Position numbers and translations under genes: made by a program
Origin: an uncultured Chloroflexia bacterium
Lineage (GTDB): Bacteria; Chloroflexota; Anaerolineae; CG2-30-64-16
Assembly: GCA_963810095.1 (NCBI GenBank)
Contig: CAWEMM010000010.1
Location: 253,466 to 317,465, forward strand
Length of the DNA stretch: 64,000 nucleotides
Reading direction: 5' to 3'
Notes under the pieces: model-generated
Database searches by the model: none
What the model saw: the letters and a program-made list of their open reading frames with translations, nothing else
What the model was told of the DNA's origin: nothing
In this document: positions 18,353-29,064 of the stretch, in pieces
Position numbering within the stretch: position 1 is the first letter of the stretch
Layout of the letters: each line of letters begins with the position of its first letter

Positions 18353-19525
18353 ATGAACAAGAAGACTGTTCGCGATGTCGACCTGAAGGGTAAGCGCGTG
18401 CTGATGCGCGTGGACTTCAACGTGCCCATGCAGGGCGGCGTCGTCACCGACGACAAGCGCATCCGTGCGGCCCTGCCCACCATCCAGTACGTGCTGGACC
18501 AGGGCGCGTCGCTCATCCTGATGAGCCACCTGGGCCGGCCGAAGGGTGGGCCCGATCCGGAATTCAGCCTCAAGGCCGCCGCCGAGGCGCTGGGCAAGCT
18601 GATCGGCAAAGAGGTCCACATGGCCCCCGCGGTCGTTGGCCCCGAGGTCGAGGCGATGGCCGCGAGCCTCCAGCCGGGCGACGTGATGATGCTCGAGAAC
18701 ACCCGCTTCGAAAAGGGCGAGGAGAAGAACGACCTCGACCTGGCCCAGAAGCTGGCGAAGCTGGGCGATATCTACGTCGACGACGCGTTCGGCTCGGCGC
18801 ACCGCGCGCACTCCTCCACCGAGGGCGTCGCGCGCTACCTGCCCGCGGTGTCCGGCTTCCTGATGGAACAGGAACTGGAATACCTGGGCCGGGCGACGGG
18901 GAACCCGGAACGGCCGTACGTGGCCATCCTGGGCGGCGCGAAGATCAGCGACAAGATCCTGGTGGTCGAGAACCTGCTGGCGAAGTGCGACAAGCTCCTG
19001 ATCGGCGGCGGCATGGCGAACACCTTCCTCAAAGCCAAGGGCTATGACATGGCCGACAGCCTGGTCGAGGAGAGCTCGGTCGAAATGGCGGGCCAGATCA
19101 TGGGGAAGGCCGGCGACAAGCTCGTGTTGCCCGTCGACGCGGTGATTGCGGATAAGTTCGACGCCGAGGCGAATAGCCAGGTCGTGGACGTGGACAAGGT
19201 GCCCGCAGGCTGGCGCATCATGGACATCGGCCCGAAGACGGTCGAACTGTACGGCGAGATCCTCAAAACCGCCAAGCTGGTGGTCTGGAACGGCCCGATG
19301 GGCGTGTTCGAGATGCCAAAGTTCGCCGAAGGGACGTTTGCCGTTGCGCGGCTCCTGGCGGATTCGGGCGCGACGACCGTCATCGGCGGCGGCGACAGCG
19401 CGAGCGCGGTGAAGAAGGCCGGCGTCGCCAAGAAGATGACGCATGTCTCTACCGGCGGCGGTGCGTCCCTCGAGTTCCTTGAAGGCAAGGAACTGCCGGG
19501 CGTGGCTGCGCTGAACGACAAGTAG
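18353..19525 (+). CDS. pgk: Phosphoglycerate kinase
   Basis: [41 protein letters not shown]. Confidence 0.98.
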   Translation: MNKKTVRDVDLKGKRVLMRVDFNVPMQGGVVTDDKRIRAALPTIQYVLDQGASLILMSHLGRPKGGPDPEFSLKAAAEALGKLIGKEVHMAPAVVGPEVEAMAASLQPGDVMMLENTRFEKGEEKNDLDLAQKLAKLGDIYVDDAFGSAHRAHSSTEGVARYLPAVSGFLMEQELEYLGRATGNPERPYVAILGGAKISDKILVVENLLAKCDKLLIGGGMANTFLKAKGYDMADSLVEESSVEMAGQIMGKAGDKLVLPVDAVIADKFDAEANSQVVDVDKVPAGWRIMDIGPKTVELYGEILKTAKLVVWNGPMGVFEMPKFAEGTFAVARLLADSGATTVIGGGDSASAVKKAGVAKKMTHVSTGGGASLEFLEGKELPGVAALNDK

Positions 19526-19653
19526 GGCTTAGCCTACAGGCCTAAAAGCGACGAACGATGATACAATGCCCGCTGCGACCCACGGTTCCAGCGGGCGTTT
19601 GTTGCCGGCCGGTAACAAGAAACCTGGTTTCTGAGCGCGAGAGGAGCAGCGGC

Positions 19654-20055
19654 ATGGGCTTTCTCGATGGCCTGAAAAAGGCGCTCGGTGGTAGCAAGCC
19701 GTCGCTGGCGAGCGGCGGCGGGAGCAACAGCTTCGGCGACGAGAGTTGGGCCTACTGGGTCCACGCGCAGTGCCGGCGCTGCGGCGAGCCGCTGCGCGCG
19801 CGGGTCGACCTGCGCAATGATCCGAGCGAACAGGACGACGGCACTTGGATCGTGCGGAAGGGACTCACCGGCAGCGGAAAATACTTCTGTTTCCAAACTG
19901 TCGAAGTCACGCTGCACTTCGACCACGCCAAGAAAACCGTGCTCGACAGCGACGCGGCGGGCGGCAAGCTCATCACCGCGGAAGAGTATCCCGCGCTCCT
20001 CCAACAGTGGCAGGCCGAGCAGGAGCGCTTGGCTGGCGAGCGCGCTCAACAGTGA
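19654..20055 (+). CDS. Hypothetical protein with CxxC motif
   Basis: GAGGAG SD, MGFLDGLKKALGG..., CRRC and a later C; coding-like third-position bias. Confidence 0.8.
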   Translation: MGFLDGLKKALGGSKPSLASGGGSNSFGDESWAYWVHAQCRRCGEPLRARVDLRNDPSEQDDGTWIVRKGLTGSGKYFCFQTVEVTLHFDHAKKTVLDSDAAGGKLITAEEYPALLQQWQAEQERLAGERAQQ

Positions 20056-20062
20056 GTTACGT

Positions 20063-20136
20063 CACCGCGAAGAACCAAAGCACCGAAGGTTCACAAAGTC
20101 TTTGTGAACCTTCGTGTCCTTTGAGTCTTTGTGGTT
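20063..20136. repeat. 9-bp-periodic palindromic intergenic repeat
   Basis: CACCGAAGGTTCACAAAG / TTTGTGAACCTTCGTG with flanking degenerate nonamers; related elements elsewhere in the window. Confidence 0.7.
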
Positions 20137-20163
20137 AGCCCTGCTTACGATTAGGAGTCACTC

Positions 20164-20946
20164 ATGCGTAAACCCATCCTGGCGGGCAACTGGAAGATGA
20201 ACAAGACACCGGCAGAGGCCGTGGAGTTCGTGCGGGCGTTGCGGCCGCTGGTCTCCAAGTACGAGAACGTGGAGACCGTCGTGTGCGTCCCGTTCGTGGC
20301 GCTGCCGGGCGTGGCCGATGCACTGGGCGGGGGCGGCGCAGGCCGCGCCGGCAAAGTCGGCGTCGGAGCGCAGAATATGCACTGGGCCGACAGCGGCGCG
20401 TACACAGGCGAGGTCTCGGCCTCCATGCTGAAGGGTCTGGCCGAGTACGTCATCATCGGCCATTCCGAGCGCCGCGAGTATTTCAACGAGACCGACGATA
20501 CCGTGAACAAGAAGCTCAAGGCCGCGTTGGCGCACGACCTGACGCCCATCGTGTGCGTGGGCGAGCGGCTCGATCAGCGCGAGCGCGGGGAGACGGATGG
20601 ATTCGTCGGCGGCCAGGTGCGGGCGGCCTTCGCCGGCCTGTCGGCCGAGGACGCGGTCAAGGTCGTCGTGGCCTATGAGCCGATCTGGGCCATCGGCACG
20701 GGCAAGACCGCGACGTCGGCCGAGGCGAACCGCATGTGCGGCATCGTGGTCCGCGGCGCCCTGGCCGACCTGTACGGCGAGCAGACGGCGCAGGCAATCC
20801 GCATCCAGTACGGCGGCAGCGCGAACGAGAAGAACATCGGCGAACTGATGAGCATGCCCGACATCGACGGCGCGCTTATCGGCGGCGCCAGCCTGAAGCT
20901 CGACGGCTTCTCCGACATGGTCCGGGTTACGTCTCAGGCGCGTTGA
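20164..20946 (+). CDS. tpiA: Triosephosphate isomerase
   Basis: [37 protein letters not shown]. Confidence 0.98.
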   Translation: MRKPILAGNWKMNKTPAEAVEFVRALRPLVSKYENVETVVCVPFVALPGVADALGGGGAGRAGKVGVGAQNMHWADSGAYTGEVSASMLKGLAEYVIIGHSERREYFNETDDTVNKKLKAALAHDLTPIVCVGERLDQRERGETDGFVGGQVRAAFAGLSAEDAVKVVVAYEPIWAIGTGKTATSAEANRMCGIVVRGALADLYGEQTAQAIRIQYGGSANEKNIGELMSMPDIDGALIGGASLKLDGFSDMVRVTSQAR

Positions 20947-21078
20947 CGGGCCTTCGAAGTGCACACAGATTCGACTGATCGGACTGATTGTCATGATTTT
21001 TCCAGGCGATCAAGTAGCCCAGTTCGATCAGCCTGATCTGCGTCCCATTCCAACCTTGCCTGCCGCGACCCTGGTTCG

Positions 21079-21857
21079 TTGTCGTTAACCTCTGTCCCTA
21101 CTCTCACAGTTCTTCGCCTTCGCCGTCACCCTGGTCGCCCTGATCCAGTTGGGCCGCTGGGTCACGCGCCAGGTGCAGACCATCGGCTGGCTGCTGACGG
21201 GCAACGCCAGACGCGACGATGATCGCGTACTACCTGCTGATGTTCCCCGGCATCCTGCTCCACGAGGTCAGCCACTACGTCACGGCACGGCTGCTGGGCA
21301 TCAAGGTGACCGACTTCAGCCTGGGCCCACGGCGGCGCAAGAACTCCAATACGGTCGAGCTCGGCTCGGTCAGCGTGTACTCGGGCGGCACGATCCGCGA
21401 CAGCCTGGTGGGTATTGCACCCTTCATCGCGGGCACGGCCGTCCTGCTGCTGGTCAGCTACAGCGTCTTCGACGTCGAAGCGCTGGGCCGGGTGTGGGCC
21501 GCCCAGGGCTGGAGCGGGTTCTTCAAGACCGTCGCGCTGCTGCCGCAAACCCCTGACTTCTGGTTGTGGCTGTACGTGATCTTTGCGGTTTCGAACGCCA
21601 TGATGCCGAGCGCGGCAGACCGCCAGCCATGGCTGTTGGCGGGCATATATGTGGCGGGTGTGGTCGTCCTGGCGTGGGTCGTGGGGCTGCTCGGCTATCT
21701 GACCGACGCCATCTGGAACAACCTGCTGGGCGCGCTCCAGGTGCTCACACTGGCGTTCCTGTTCACCGTGATCGTGAACGTGGTGATCGGTTCGGTGCTG
21801 TGGGCGGTCGCGACGATCCTGCTGCGCCTCAGCGAGGCGCAGGGCAGCGGCGATTGA
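21079..21857 (+). CDS. Membrane HExxH metalloprotease-like protein (M50-like); start uncertain, frameshifts near 21112 and 21205
   Basis: FPGILLHEVSHY, LVGIAPF, MMPSAAD; the N-terminal TM segment is in other frames. Confidence 0.72.
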
Positions 21858-21886
21858 TCGTCGCCAAAGGACACGAGGTGTCAGCT

Positions 21887-22391
21887 ATGTTTCGCGACAT
21901 GCGCAGAACGAAGCAGTTGCTGCCGGCTGAGGAGGCCGAAGACATCCTGCGGCAAGCCAGTGCTGGCGTACTGGCCGTCAGCGGCGACGACGACTATCCC
22001 TATGCGGTCCCGTTGAGTTATGCCTACGCGGACGGCAAGCTCTATTTTCACCTGGCGACCAGCGGCCACAAGCTGGACGGCATCCGGCGTAACGAGAAGG
22101 TGTCCTTCTGCGTGATCGCCCAGGACGAGGTCGTGCGCCGAGCGGTTTGCGACGGATTACCGGAGCGTCATCGCGTTTGGGCGGGCCCGCGTCGTCGCCG
22201 AAGATGCGCGTCGAAGCGGCATGCGCTCGAACTCCTGGCGCGCAAATACTCGCCAGGGCTCGAGCAGGAAGGCGCGGCGGAGATCGAGAAGGACTGGGAC
22301 CGGACGGTCGGTCGTTGAAGTGACGATCGAGCATCTCTCGGGGAAAGAGGGGCTGGGGTTAGCACAGGAAAGAGGGCGCTCGGCGGGTTAA
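21887..22391 (+). CDS. Pyridoxamine 5'-phosphate oxidase-like / Nim family protein; three apparent frameshifts
   Basis: MFRDMRRTKQLL, GVLAVSGDDDYPYAVPLSY, GHKLDGIRRNEKVSFCV, then YRSVIAFGRA and IEHLSGK in other frames. Confidence 0.85.
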
Positions 22392-22479
22392 AAGCGAAGA
22401 CCGGGCAGGCGCATGGCGCCGGTTGCCCGGTCCCCTCCGCTCGAAGCGGCGAAATAAGCAGCCTAGAACTTGGGGGTTC

Positions 22480-22677
22480 TTAGATCGTGTAGCACTTGCG
22501 GTGGTAGATCACCTGGTGCGAGCGCGGCTTGCCGTTTTCCATTTCCATGACCTTGACCATTAGCAGGTCGCCGAAGCTGACGTCCAGGTTGCACTTGTTG
22601 CACTTGTGCCCGGTCAGGGCCTTGCGGCGCTTCTCAAGGGTGGCGGTGTCCGCACCCATCTTAGTTGCTTGAGCCAT
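22480..22677 (-). CDS. Small zinc-finger protein (C-x2-C-x29-H-x2-C)
   Basis: GAGGGAG SD, own TTGACA-16-GATAAT promoter at 22737-22764, 65 aa with CNKC...HRKC. Confidence 0.8.
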   Translation of the reverse strand: MAQATKMGADTATLEKRRKALTGHKCNKCNLDVSFGDLLMVKVMEMENGKPRSHQVIYHRKCYTI

Positions 22678-22760
22678 CGTAGTCTCCCTCTTCAAACAAC
22701 TCGGCGCCGCCTGGCGCCGAGACATTTCTCTGGCTTATTATCGCCAGATGCGGCAGAATG

Positions 22761-23792
22761 TCAAGTTAGGGGCTGATTTTCCCCCACGATCTTCAATACC
22801 CGCACGGCACGCAGGGTGACCCAGGGGCTGGGCTGACCTTTGCGGCCGAAGCCGACCCAGGTCTTCGTTCCGTAGTGGTATTCGAGTGGCCACCTGCCTT
22901 CGGCGTCCTGCTTGTCGCGAATGATCTGCAAAGCGCGCCCCGTGCGAAGGTCTTGCCCGTACCCGAGGCCGGCGAGCGCCTCCACGTTCTGCAGCAGGTC
23001 GGTAATGTAGAAGACGGGGAAGCCGAACTTCCACCAGTCGCCGCTGGGCTTGCCGCCTGATGCGGTTGGGTAGGCGGCCGTGGCCGGGTCGGTGCCGAGC
23101 AGGAACTCGACGCCGCGTGCCATCGCTCGGTCCAACGCAGGCGTGCGCCGGTCGGCCGGCCACTTCGTAACGGCCAGCATAAGCTTGACTGCCCCCCACG
23201 CACATGGTTGGCCGTTGTTTGCGCCGCACACGAAGTCCGGGCCGCAGGTATAGGCGTAGTAGCGGCGGGAGGCTTTGCGTTCCGTGCTCGGCGCGATGCC
23301 TTCCCCCGTCACGCTGCAGGCCAGCCAATCGAATGCCGCCTCCAGCCGGTCGTCCCGGCAGCCCAGTTCGAGCAAGGCCGCGCAGAGGTTGCCGTGGAGG
23401 CAGGCGATCGTCCCGGAAGGCCTGCCGTTGTAGCTGAACAGCCCACCGGGCGCCAGCGCGTGATCGAGGACGTACGCACAGGCAGTGGCAATGCGGGGGT
23501 CCTCGCCGATCCATGCGCCGAGTTGGGCCAGCATGATGACCGACCAAACGGTGCCGTGGTATTTTGGCGCGTACCCACCGCCCGGCTGGACCCAATACCC
23601 GGCCTCGTTCATCTGATTGAGGATTTCCGCGATCGGGCCTTCCCGGTGCGCGGCCACGCGGGCTGACTTCAATTCCGGATCATCAGGGGGGAGGTCGCAT
23701 AGGTCTCGCAGCGCTAGGTAGCGCACGCCCGGGTCGGGATGCGACAGCAGCCAGGGGAGCGGGTCGGCTTCGGTTTGAGCGAACCGAGGCAT
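22761..23792 (-). CDS. Prenyltransferase/squalene-oxidase-repeat alpha/alpha-toroid protein
   Basis: WLLSHPDPGVRY, Q..AGYW, FGFPVFYITDLL, KQDAEGRWPL, PSPWVTLRA. Confidence 0.8.
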   Translation of the reverse strand: MPRFAQTEADPLPWLLSHPDPGVRYLALRDLCDLPPDDPELKSARVAAHREGPIAEILNQMNEAGYWVQPGGGYAPKYHGTVWSVIMLAQLGAWIGEDPRIATACAYVLDHALAPGGLFSYNGRPSGTIACLHGNLCAALLELGCRDDRLEAAFDWLACSVTGEGIAPSTERKASRRYYAYTCGPDFVCGANNGQPCAWGAVKLMLAVTKWPADRRTPALDRAMARGVEFLLGTDPATAAYPTASGGKPSGDWWKFGFPVFYITDLLQNVEALAGLGYGQDLRTGRALQIIRDKQDAEGRWPLEYHYGTKTWVGFGRKGQPSPWVTLRAVRVLKIVGENQPLT

Positions 23793-23920
23793 AGGGCACG
23801 CTCCTTTCGTTTGAAGCTTTACATCCGGCGCGGTGCTTTGTCAATAGGGTCCGTCGAGCGGGTGCGGGCCGGAGCAGTGACTGCATGCACCGCGCCGGCC
23901 CGCAAAGATGGAGATGAACG

Positions 23921-25312
23921 CTACGCGATCTGCGGCAGCGTCTTCAACGATTCGGCCAGCGCCGCGGGGCTGAACCCGTCGTCGGTGAGTTGGCCCGCCA
24001 GGTAGGCGTCGTACGCGGCCATGTCGAAGTGGCCGTGGCCCGACAGGTTGAACAGGATCACCCGCTTTTCGTCCTTGGCCTTCGCGTCGAGCGCCTCGTC
24101 GATGGCGGCCCGGATCGCGTGCGTGCTCTCCGGCGCGGGCACCGTGGCCTCGGTCCGTGCAAACAGGATGCCGGCGTCGAAGCAGGCGTTCTGCTCGTAC
24201 GCCCTCGGGGTGACGTGGCCGGTGCTGACGAGCAGCGACACGAGCGGCGCCATGCCGTGGTAGCGCAGGCCGCCCGCATGGATCGGCGACGGCTCGAAGT
24301 CGTGGCCCAGCGTGTGCATCTTGACGAGCGGCGTCATGCCCACTGCGTCGCCGAAGTCGTACGTGTACTCGCCCCGCGTCAGGCTGGGGCAGGAGGCCGG
24401 CTCGGCCGCGATGAAGCGGGTTTGCTTGCCCTGCGTCAGGTTGCGCTCGATGAAGGGGAACGCGAGGCCCGCGAAGTTCGAACCGCCGCCGACACAGCCG
24501 ATCACGACGTCAGGGTACTCCCCGATCTCCTGCATCGCGTCCAGCGCCTCCTGGCCGATGACGGTCTGGTGCAGCAGCACGTGGTTGAGCACCGAGCCGA
24601 GCGAGTACTTCGTCTTGCCCCCGCTCATCGCGGCCACCTCGACCGCTTCTGAGATCGCGATGCCGAGGCTGCCCGTGCTGTTGGGGTTCCGTGCCAGGAC
24701 GGCCCGGCCCGCGTTGGTGAGTTCTGACGGGCTGGCGTGCACCTTCGCGCCGTACGTCTGCATGAGAGAGCGGCGATACGGCTTGTGCTCGTAGCTCACC
24801 TTCACCATGAAGACCTCGATGGCGATCTTGAACATGTCGCCCGCAATCGACAGCGCCGAGCCCCACTGGCCTGCTCCGGTCTCGGTCGAAATCGAGTTGA
24901 CGCCTTCCTGCTTATTGTAGTAGGCCTGCGCCAGCGCGGTGTTCAGCTTGTGGCTGCCGCTGGGGCTGCCGACTTCCGACTTGTAGTAGATGTGCGCCGG
25001 GGTGTCTAGCGCCTTCTCCAGGCGCACCGCCCGCACGAGCGGGGTTGGCCGCCACAGGCGGTAAATCTCGCGCACCTCATCGGGGATCGGGATGTACTTC
25101 TCCTGGCTGACTTCCTGCATGATGCAGGCCATCGGAAACAGCACCGAGAGGTCGGCGGGGCCGATAGGCTGGTGCGTGCCCGGATGAAGCACGGGCGCGG
25201 GCGCCACGGGCAGGTCGGCCTGGACGTTGTACCAGTGGGTGGGCACGCGGGATTGGGGCAGAACGAGCCGGTAGTCTTCCTGAACGCCGTTGGATACTGG
25301 AGTGGTGGCCAT
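23921..25312 (-). CDS. trpB2: TrpB-like PLP enzyme (tryptophan synthase beta type 2)
   Basis: [17 protein letters not shown] (PLP lysine), [36 protein letters not shown]. Confidence 0.95.
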   Translation of the reverse strand: MATTPVSNGVQEDYRLVLPQSRVPTHWYNVQADLPVAPAPVLHPGTHQPIGPADLSVLFPMACIMQEVSQEKYIPIPDEVREIYRLWRPTPLVRAVRLEKALDTPAHIYYKSEVGSPSGSHKLNTALAQAYYNKQEGVNSISTETGAGQWGSALSIAGDMFKIAIEVFMVKVSYEHKPYRRSLMQTYGAKVHASPSELTNAGRAVLARNPNSTGSLGIAISEAVEVAAMSGGKTKYSLGSVLNHVLLHQTVIGQEALDAMQEIGEYPDVVIGCVGGGSNFAGLAFPFIERNLTQGKQTRFIAAEPASCPSLTRGEYTYDFGDAVGMTPLVKMHTLGHDFEPSPIHAGGLRYHGMAPLVSLLVSTGHVTPRAYEQNACFDAGILFARTEATVPAPESTHAIRAAIDEALDAKAKDEKRVILFNLSGHGHFDMAAYDAYLAGQLTDDGFSPAALAESLKTLPQIA

Positions 25313-25409
25313 GAGTTATCTCCCTCCGGTGGAATGGTTAGGCGCGGGCGCATGCGGCGTGTTGCGCCGCACATTAGCGGAGGAGGAGGGAGCCGCCCGT
25401 CGCCTTAAA

Positions 25410-25780
25410 TGCAAAACCCTCGCCCCTCAAGAGGGGACGAGGGCCTAAAGACCACCCGTGGTGCCACCCCAGTTAGGCCAGCGTCCATTGCCTGCCGGCT
25501 ACGCGTCGCTGCCCTCGCTCTTTGCAGGGACGGGACGCGGCGCCGGCCCAGCCTCCATGGCTGCCCGATACCTATCCGATCCCCTCGCCTCGCTAACGGT
25601 GGCGTACCGGCCCGGCCTACTCGATGGGTGACCGGCGGTCACACACTTTCAGCTGGCAGCTCCCCGGTCCATTCAGCCTGTGCGCCGGGACGGGCTTCGC
25701 AGCTTCGTCAGCACTGCTGACGCGCCCGCTCTCTGAGCCCGCGCCTTCAAACGTACTCGTCCGGTTCATCGCCTTTATGT
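25410..25780 (-). ncRNA. T-box leader with Trp (UGG) specifier
   Basis: Minus strand GCGATGA...AGTA...CAGAGAG...GCTGCGA...GAATGGA (UGG at 25669-25671); T-box AACTGGGGTGGCACCACG; terminator CCCTCGTCCCCTC-ttga-GGGGCGAGGG-TTTT. Confidence 0.92.
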
Positions 25781-25802
25781 GGCGTATTCAGTTGTGAGCG
25801 GG

Positions 25803-25832
25803 ACTATAACACAGGGCGCGGGATCATGTCAA
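25803..25832 (-). promoter_or_regulatory. sigma70 promoter of the T-box/trpB2 unit
   Basis: TTGACA-18 nt-TATAGT with TG extension. Confidence 0.7.
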
Positions 25833-25925
25833 ACGCGATTCCGGAAACCGAGTTGCGCCAGGAAACCTGGTTTCTGGCGCGCCCCTGTGTTAGAATCCGA
25901 GCATCTCTTTCAGGGCGAGGATGAG

Positions 25926-26261
25926 GTGGGCGCAGAGCACCTGGTCGTGTTGGTCACCGTCGGTACGCCGGAGGCCGGGCTGCAGCTAGGCCGGCAGTTG
26001 GTCGAAGAGCGGCTGGCAGCCTGCGTGCAGGTTCTGGGCGCGGGAACCGCGATTTATCGCTGGCAGGGCCAGCTTTACCAGGATCCCCAGGTGCAGCTGA
26101 TCTTCAAGACCACGGCCGCCGCCTGGGAGCACCTGCAGGCCCGCATCGTCGAACTGCATACCGACGATGTGCCCGAGATCTTGGCCTTGCCCGTAGCAGA
26201 CGGATGGCCGCCGTACCTCGCGTGGCTAAGCGAGTCGGTCGACGCGTCCCCAGGATCATGA
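25926..26261 (+). CDS. cutA: Divalent-cation tolerance protein CutA
   Basis: LVEERLAACVQV, IYRWQG, FKTT, H..DVPEILALPV. Confidence 0.9.
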   Translation: MGAEHLVVLVTVGTPEAGLQLGRQLVEERLAACVQVLGAGTAIYRWQGQLYQDPQVQLIFKTTAAAWEHLQARIVELHTDDVPEILALPVADGWPPYLAWLSESVDASPGS

Positions 26262-26337
26262 TCTTCTCCCGGTTGGAGTGATCCAATTTGTGCCTGTCGC
26301 TCGTACAATACTTTGGAGCCAGTAGGTGAGAAACGGG

Positions 26338-26913
26338 ATGGCCAGCTCCGATATGGAGGACGGACAGTTGCTCCAGGCGGTCGCGCGCGGTGACCAGGAT
26401 GCGCTGCTCACATTGCACCGGCGCTATGTGAACCTCGTGTACAGCATGGCCTGGCGGGTGCTGCAGGATGTGGGGCTTGCCGAAGAGGTCACGCAGGACA
26501 TCTTCCTGAAGCTCTGGAACAAGGGGCACCAGTACGACCCTGGCCGCGGCCGGTTTTCAAGCTGGCTGCTCAGCATCACCAAGTTCGCCGCGATTGACCG
26601 GCTGCGCCGCGAGGGCCGCCAGCCGAGACAAGCCGAGATCGCAACCGGCGACCAGGACGAAACGGCGGCGCTCGAGCGGCTTTTGCCGACCGATCACGCT
26701 GCATGGGAGCGGGGCCAGCACCTGCGCTTGCTGCTGGCACAACTGCCGCCCGAACAGCGTCAGATGATCGAGCTGGCATACTTTGGCGGATTATCGCATG
26801 CTGAGCTGGCAGACCAGCTTGGATTGCCGTTGGGCACGGTTAAGGGACGCCTGCGGCTGGGATTGGAGAAGCTGAGAGCCCTGTGGCTGGACGAGACGGG
26901 GAAGAAGCGATGA
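26338..26913 (+). CDS. ECF RNA polymerase sigma factor (SigK-like)
   Basis: AEEVTQDIFLKLW, YDPGRGRFSSWL, AYFGGLSHAELA, PLGTVKGRLRLG. Confidence 0.93.
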   Translation: MASSDMEDGQLLQAVARGDQDALLTLHRRYVNLVYSMAWRVLQDVGLAEEVTQDIFLKLWNKGHQYDPGRGRFSSWLLSITKFAAIDRLRREGRQPRQAEIATGDQDETAALERLLPTDHAAWERGQHLRLLLAQLPPEQRQMIELAYFGGLSHAELADQLGLPLGTVKGRLRLGLEKLRALWLDETGKKR

Positions 26914-27641
26914 TGCAGCAAGATCACGATTGGTTTATTGACCTGATTCCCGCACACGCGATCGCTGCGACGCACGACGAGGAGCGCGCTGCGGTTGACG
27001 CGCACCTGAGGGGTTGCGCCGAGTGCCGGGCCCTCCTCGAGGAGTACCGCGGTTTGGCGGATGGCTTGCTGTTCGCCGCGCCGCTTGCGCCCGCGCGGGC
27101 CGGCCTGAACGAGGACCTGCGCAAGCGTCTCAACACGCCCGTTTCCCGACCAACGCGCACCTGGTGGAGTTTCGTCCGCAAGCCGGCCTTTGTCATCGGC
27201 GCGGTCGCAATCGCCCTGCTGATCCTGACGAACTTCTACTGGGCCGGCCGGGTCGGCAAGCTCGAACGGCAGTCAGATGCGTTCGTTGCGCTGGCTCAGG
27301 CCCCCGGGATTTCGCTCCAGGTCGCCGACACCGCGGGCAGCACCTACGGGGACCGGAGCGCGGATGGCGTCGTGTACGTGCAGCCGGGGAGCAACGTGGC
27401 GCTCCTCTGCGTCTATGCGCTGCCGCAGCTTAGCCCGGACAAGACCTATCAGGCCTGGCTGGTCGAAGACGGAAAGCGCGTCAGCGCGGGCACCTTTGAG
27501 GTGAACCATGACGGGTACGGGGTGCTGATGATCCAGGCGAAGAAGCCGGTCAGCGACTACCAACAACTGGGGATCACCATCGAGCCTGCGGGCGGCAGCC
27601 CTGCGCCGACCACGCCGCGGGTGATGGGCAGCGCACTTTAG
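26910..27641 (+). CDS. Anti-sigma factor (ZAS + RskA domain)
   Basis: HLRGCAEC (HxxxCxxC), one TM, YQAWL, ITIEPAGGSPAPT; overlaps the sigma stop codon. Confidence 0.92.
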   Translation: MMQQDHDWFIDLIPAHAIAATHDEERAAVDAHLRGCAECRALLEEYRGLADGLLFAAPLAPARAGLNEDLRKRLNTPVSRPTRTWWSFVRKPAFVIGAVAIALLILTNFYWAGRVGKLERQSDAFVALAQAPGISLQVADTAGSTYGDRSADGVVYVQPGSNVALLCVYALPQLSPDKTYQAWLVEDGKRVSAGTFEVNHDGYGVLMIQAKKPVSDYQQLGITIEPAGGSPAPTTPRVMGSAL

Positions 27642-27656
27642 CCGGCGCCGCTCATG

Positions 27657-27690
27657 AAAAGAAGGCTCCCATTTCGGGAGCCTTCTTTTG
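27657..27690. terminator. Bidirectional terminator
   Basis: AAAAGAAGGCTCCC-atttc-GGGAGCCTTCTTTT. Confidence 0.85.
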
Positions 27691-27701
27691 TTTCTGCCGG
27701 C

Positions 27702-28208
27702 CTACTTCAAGGTCATCAGGTAGGCGACCAGGTCGTTCAGCTGCGTGTCGGTGAGAACCGTTTTGAACGACGGCATCACGCCCTGGGCGTAGTCCGGCAC
27801 GACAAAGGCATTCGGGTCCACGATCGACGTGTGGATGTACTGCTCGGCAGACTCGCCCTGCACCCTCGTGGCGGCCCGGCTCGCAATGCCCTGCACGCTG
27901 GGGCCGACGAGCTTCGTGCCGTCAAGCGTATGGCAGGTTTTACAGCCAGGGTTTGCGCCGATTGTTGCGGAGGCGAATAGGGTCTCGCCCGCCTTTGGAT
28001 CTCCGGCCGCGGCCGCTGCTCCGCCCGAAGCCGCTGCACCCGCTGTCGTGGCGGTGGCTGTAGTCCCGGTCGCCGTGCCTCCGGTCCCGCCGGCGCTGCT
28101 GGTGGGCTGTGCCCCACCCTGGCTCGAAGCGCCTCCACTACCACCGCACGCTGCGGCGAGCGCCGCTACGACGAGCAGGGTAGCCAGTAAGTAGATGCTT
28201 TTCCTCAT
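27702..28208 (-). CDS. Lipoprotein monoheme cytochrome c
   Basis: Lipobox AAAC; CKTCH; GPS; MP axial Met; LVAYL. Confidence 0.92.
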   Translation of the reverse strand: MRKSIYLLATLLVVAALAAACGGSGGASSQGGAQPTSSAGGTGGTATGTTATATTAGAAASGGAAAAAGDPKAGETLFASATIGANPGCKTCHTLDGTKLVGPSVQGIASRAATRVQGESAEQYIHTSIVDPNAFVVPDYAQGVMPSFKTVLTDTQLNDLVAYLMTLK

Positions 28209-28383
28209 GGTTCCTCTCCCACTTCAATACTTCCGGCGCAGCGTTACGGCCAGACCGTTTGCGCGTGCCGGTACATTAGGACAGTTGCGATTATCGCGCC
28301 GGATGGGGAAGAGAGCCGTGAGATGTTCTCCCATGCACAACTGCAGGTTCGTGGAAGTTTGAGCAACAAAAATAGCGCAGGTG

Positions 28384-29064
28384 TCAGTGACTCCCGTCAC
28401 CAACCGGATTTGCGAGCTGCACCAGCCCTGCGCGATCGAGGACATGAATCTGCCCTCTCTCCAGGCGGAGCAGCCCGCGTGCTTCCAGGTCCTTCAGGAT
28501 GCGGCTGATCACTTCCCGCACGCTGCCGAGTTCATCGGCCAGGCGCTGATGGGTGATTTGAACGGGGTTACAGTGGGCCAGCAGCGCCGCCGCCACCCGT
28601 TGATCGAGTCCGCTGAAGGCCATCTCTTCGATGCGCTGCATGAGCGCGACCACACGCTGTGAGATGAAGCGAAAGACAAACTCCCGAAACGCAGCCGAAT
28701 CGACCATCAATCGGCGGAAGACCGGGCCGGGCAGCAGCAGCGCGGTGACGTCTGCTTCGGCGATGCTGCGAGCGGCGTAGGTCTCGCCGGCCAGCAGGCA
28801 CGTTACGGTCAGGATGCAGGTATCGCCAGCGCGCAGCCGGTACAGCAGAATCTCGCGGCCCGACGCGCCCACCTTGACCACGCGGATGCTGCCCTTAAGC
28901 ACGATCGGGAACGAGTGACACGGGCTGCCGAAGTCAAAGAGCGGCTGGCCTGCCTGAAGCTGCACCCGCTTGGCTTCGGCCAGCACTGCCGCATTCAAAT
29001 GCGCCGGCAGGTCCTGGAAAGCGGGATGGGTCAGAAGCGCGTCGCCGGCGTCTGGATGCAGCAT
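28384..29064 (-). CDS. Crp/Fnr family transcriptional regulator
   Basis: GSIRVVKVGASGREILLY, THQRLADELGSVREVISR (HTH). Confidence 0.92.
   Translation of the reverse strand: MLHPDAGDALLTHPAFQDLPAHLNAAVLAEAKRVQLQAGQPLFDFGSPCHSFPIVLKGSIRVVKVGASGREILLYRLRAGDTCILTVTCLLAGETYAARSIAEADVTALLLPGPVFRRLMVDSAAFREFVFRFISQRVVALMQRIEEMAFSGLDQRVAAALLAHCNPVQITHQRLADELGSVREVISRILKDLEARGLLRLERGQIHVLDRAGLVQLANPVGDGSH
28386..28401. promoter_or_regulatory. CRP-like palindrome
   Basis: AGTGA-CTCCCG-TCACC in the last codons of the crp gene, upstream of the cytochrome c gene. Confidence 0.5.

Noticed and set aside
22761-23792. Nitrogenase-related function (this family is sometimes labelled NifH)
   Set aside because: No P-loop or NifH Cys motifs; the sequence fits an alpha/alpha toroid
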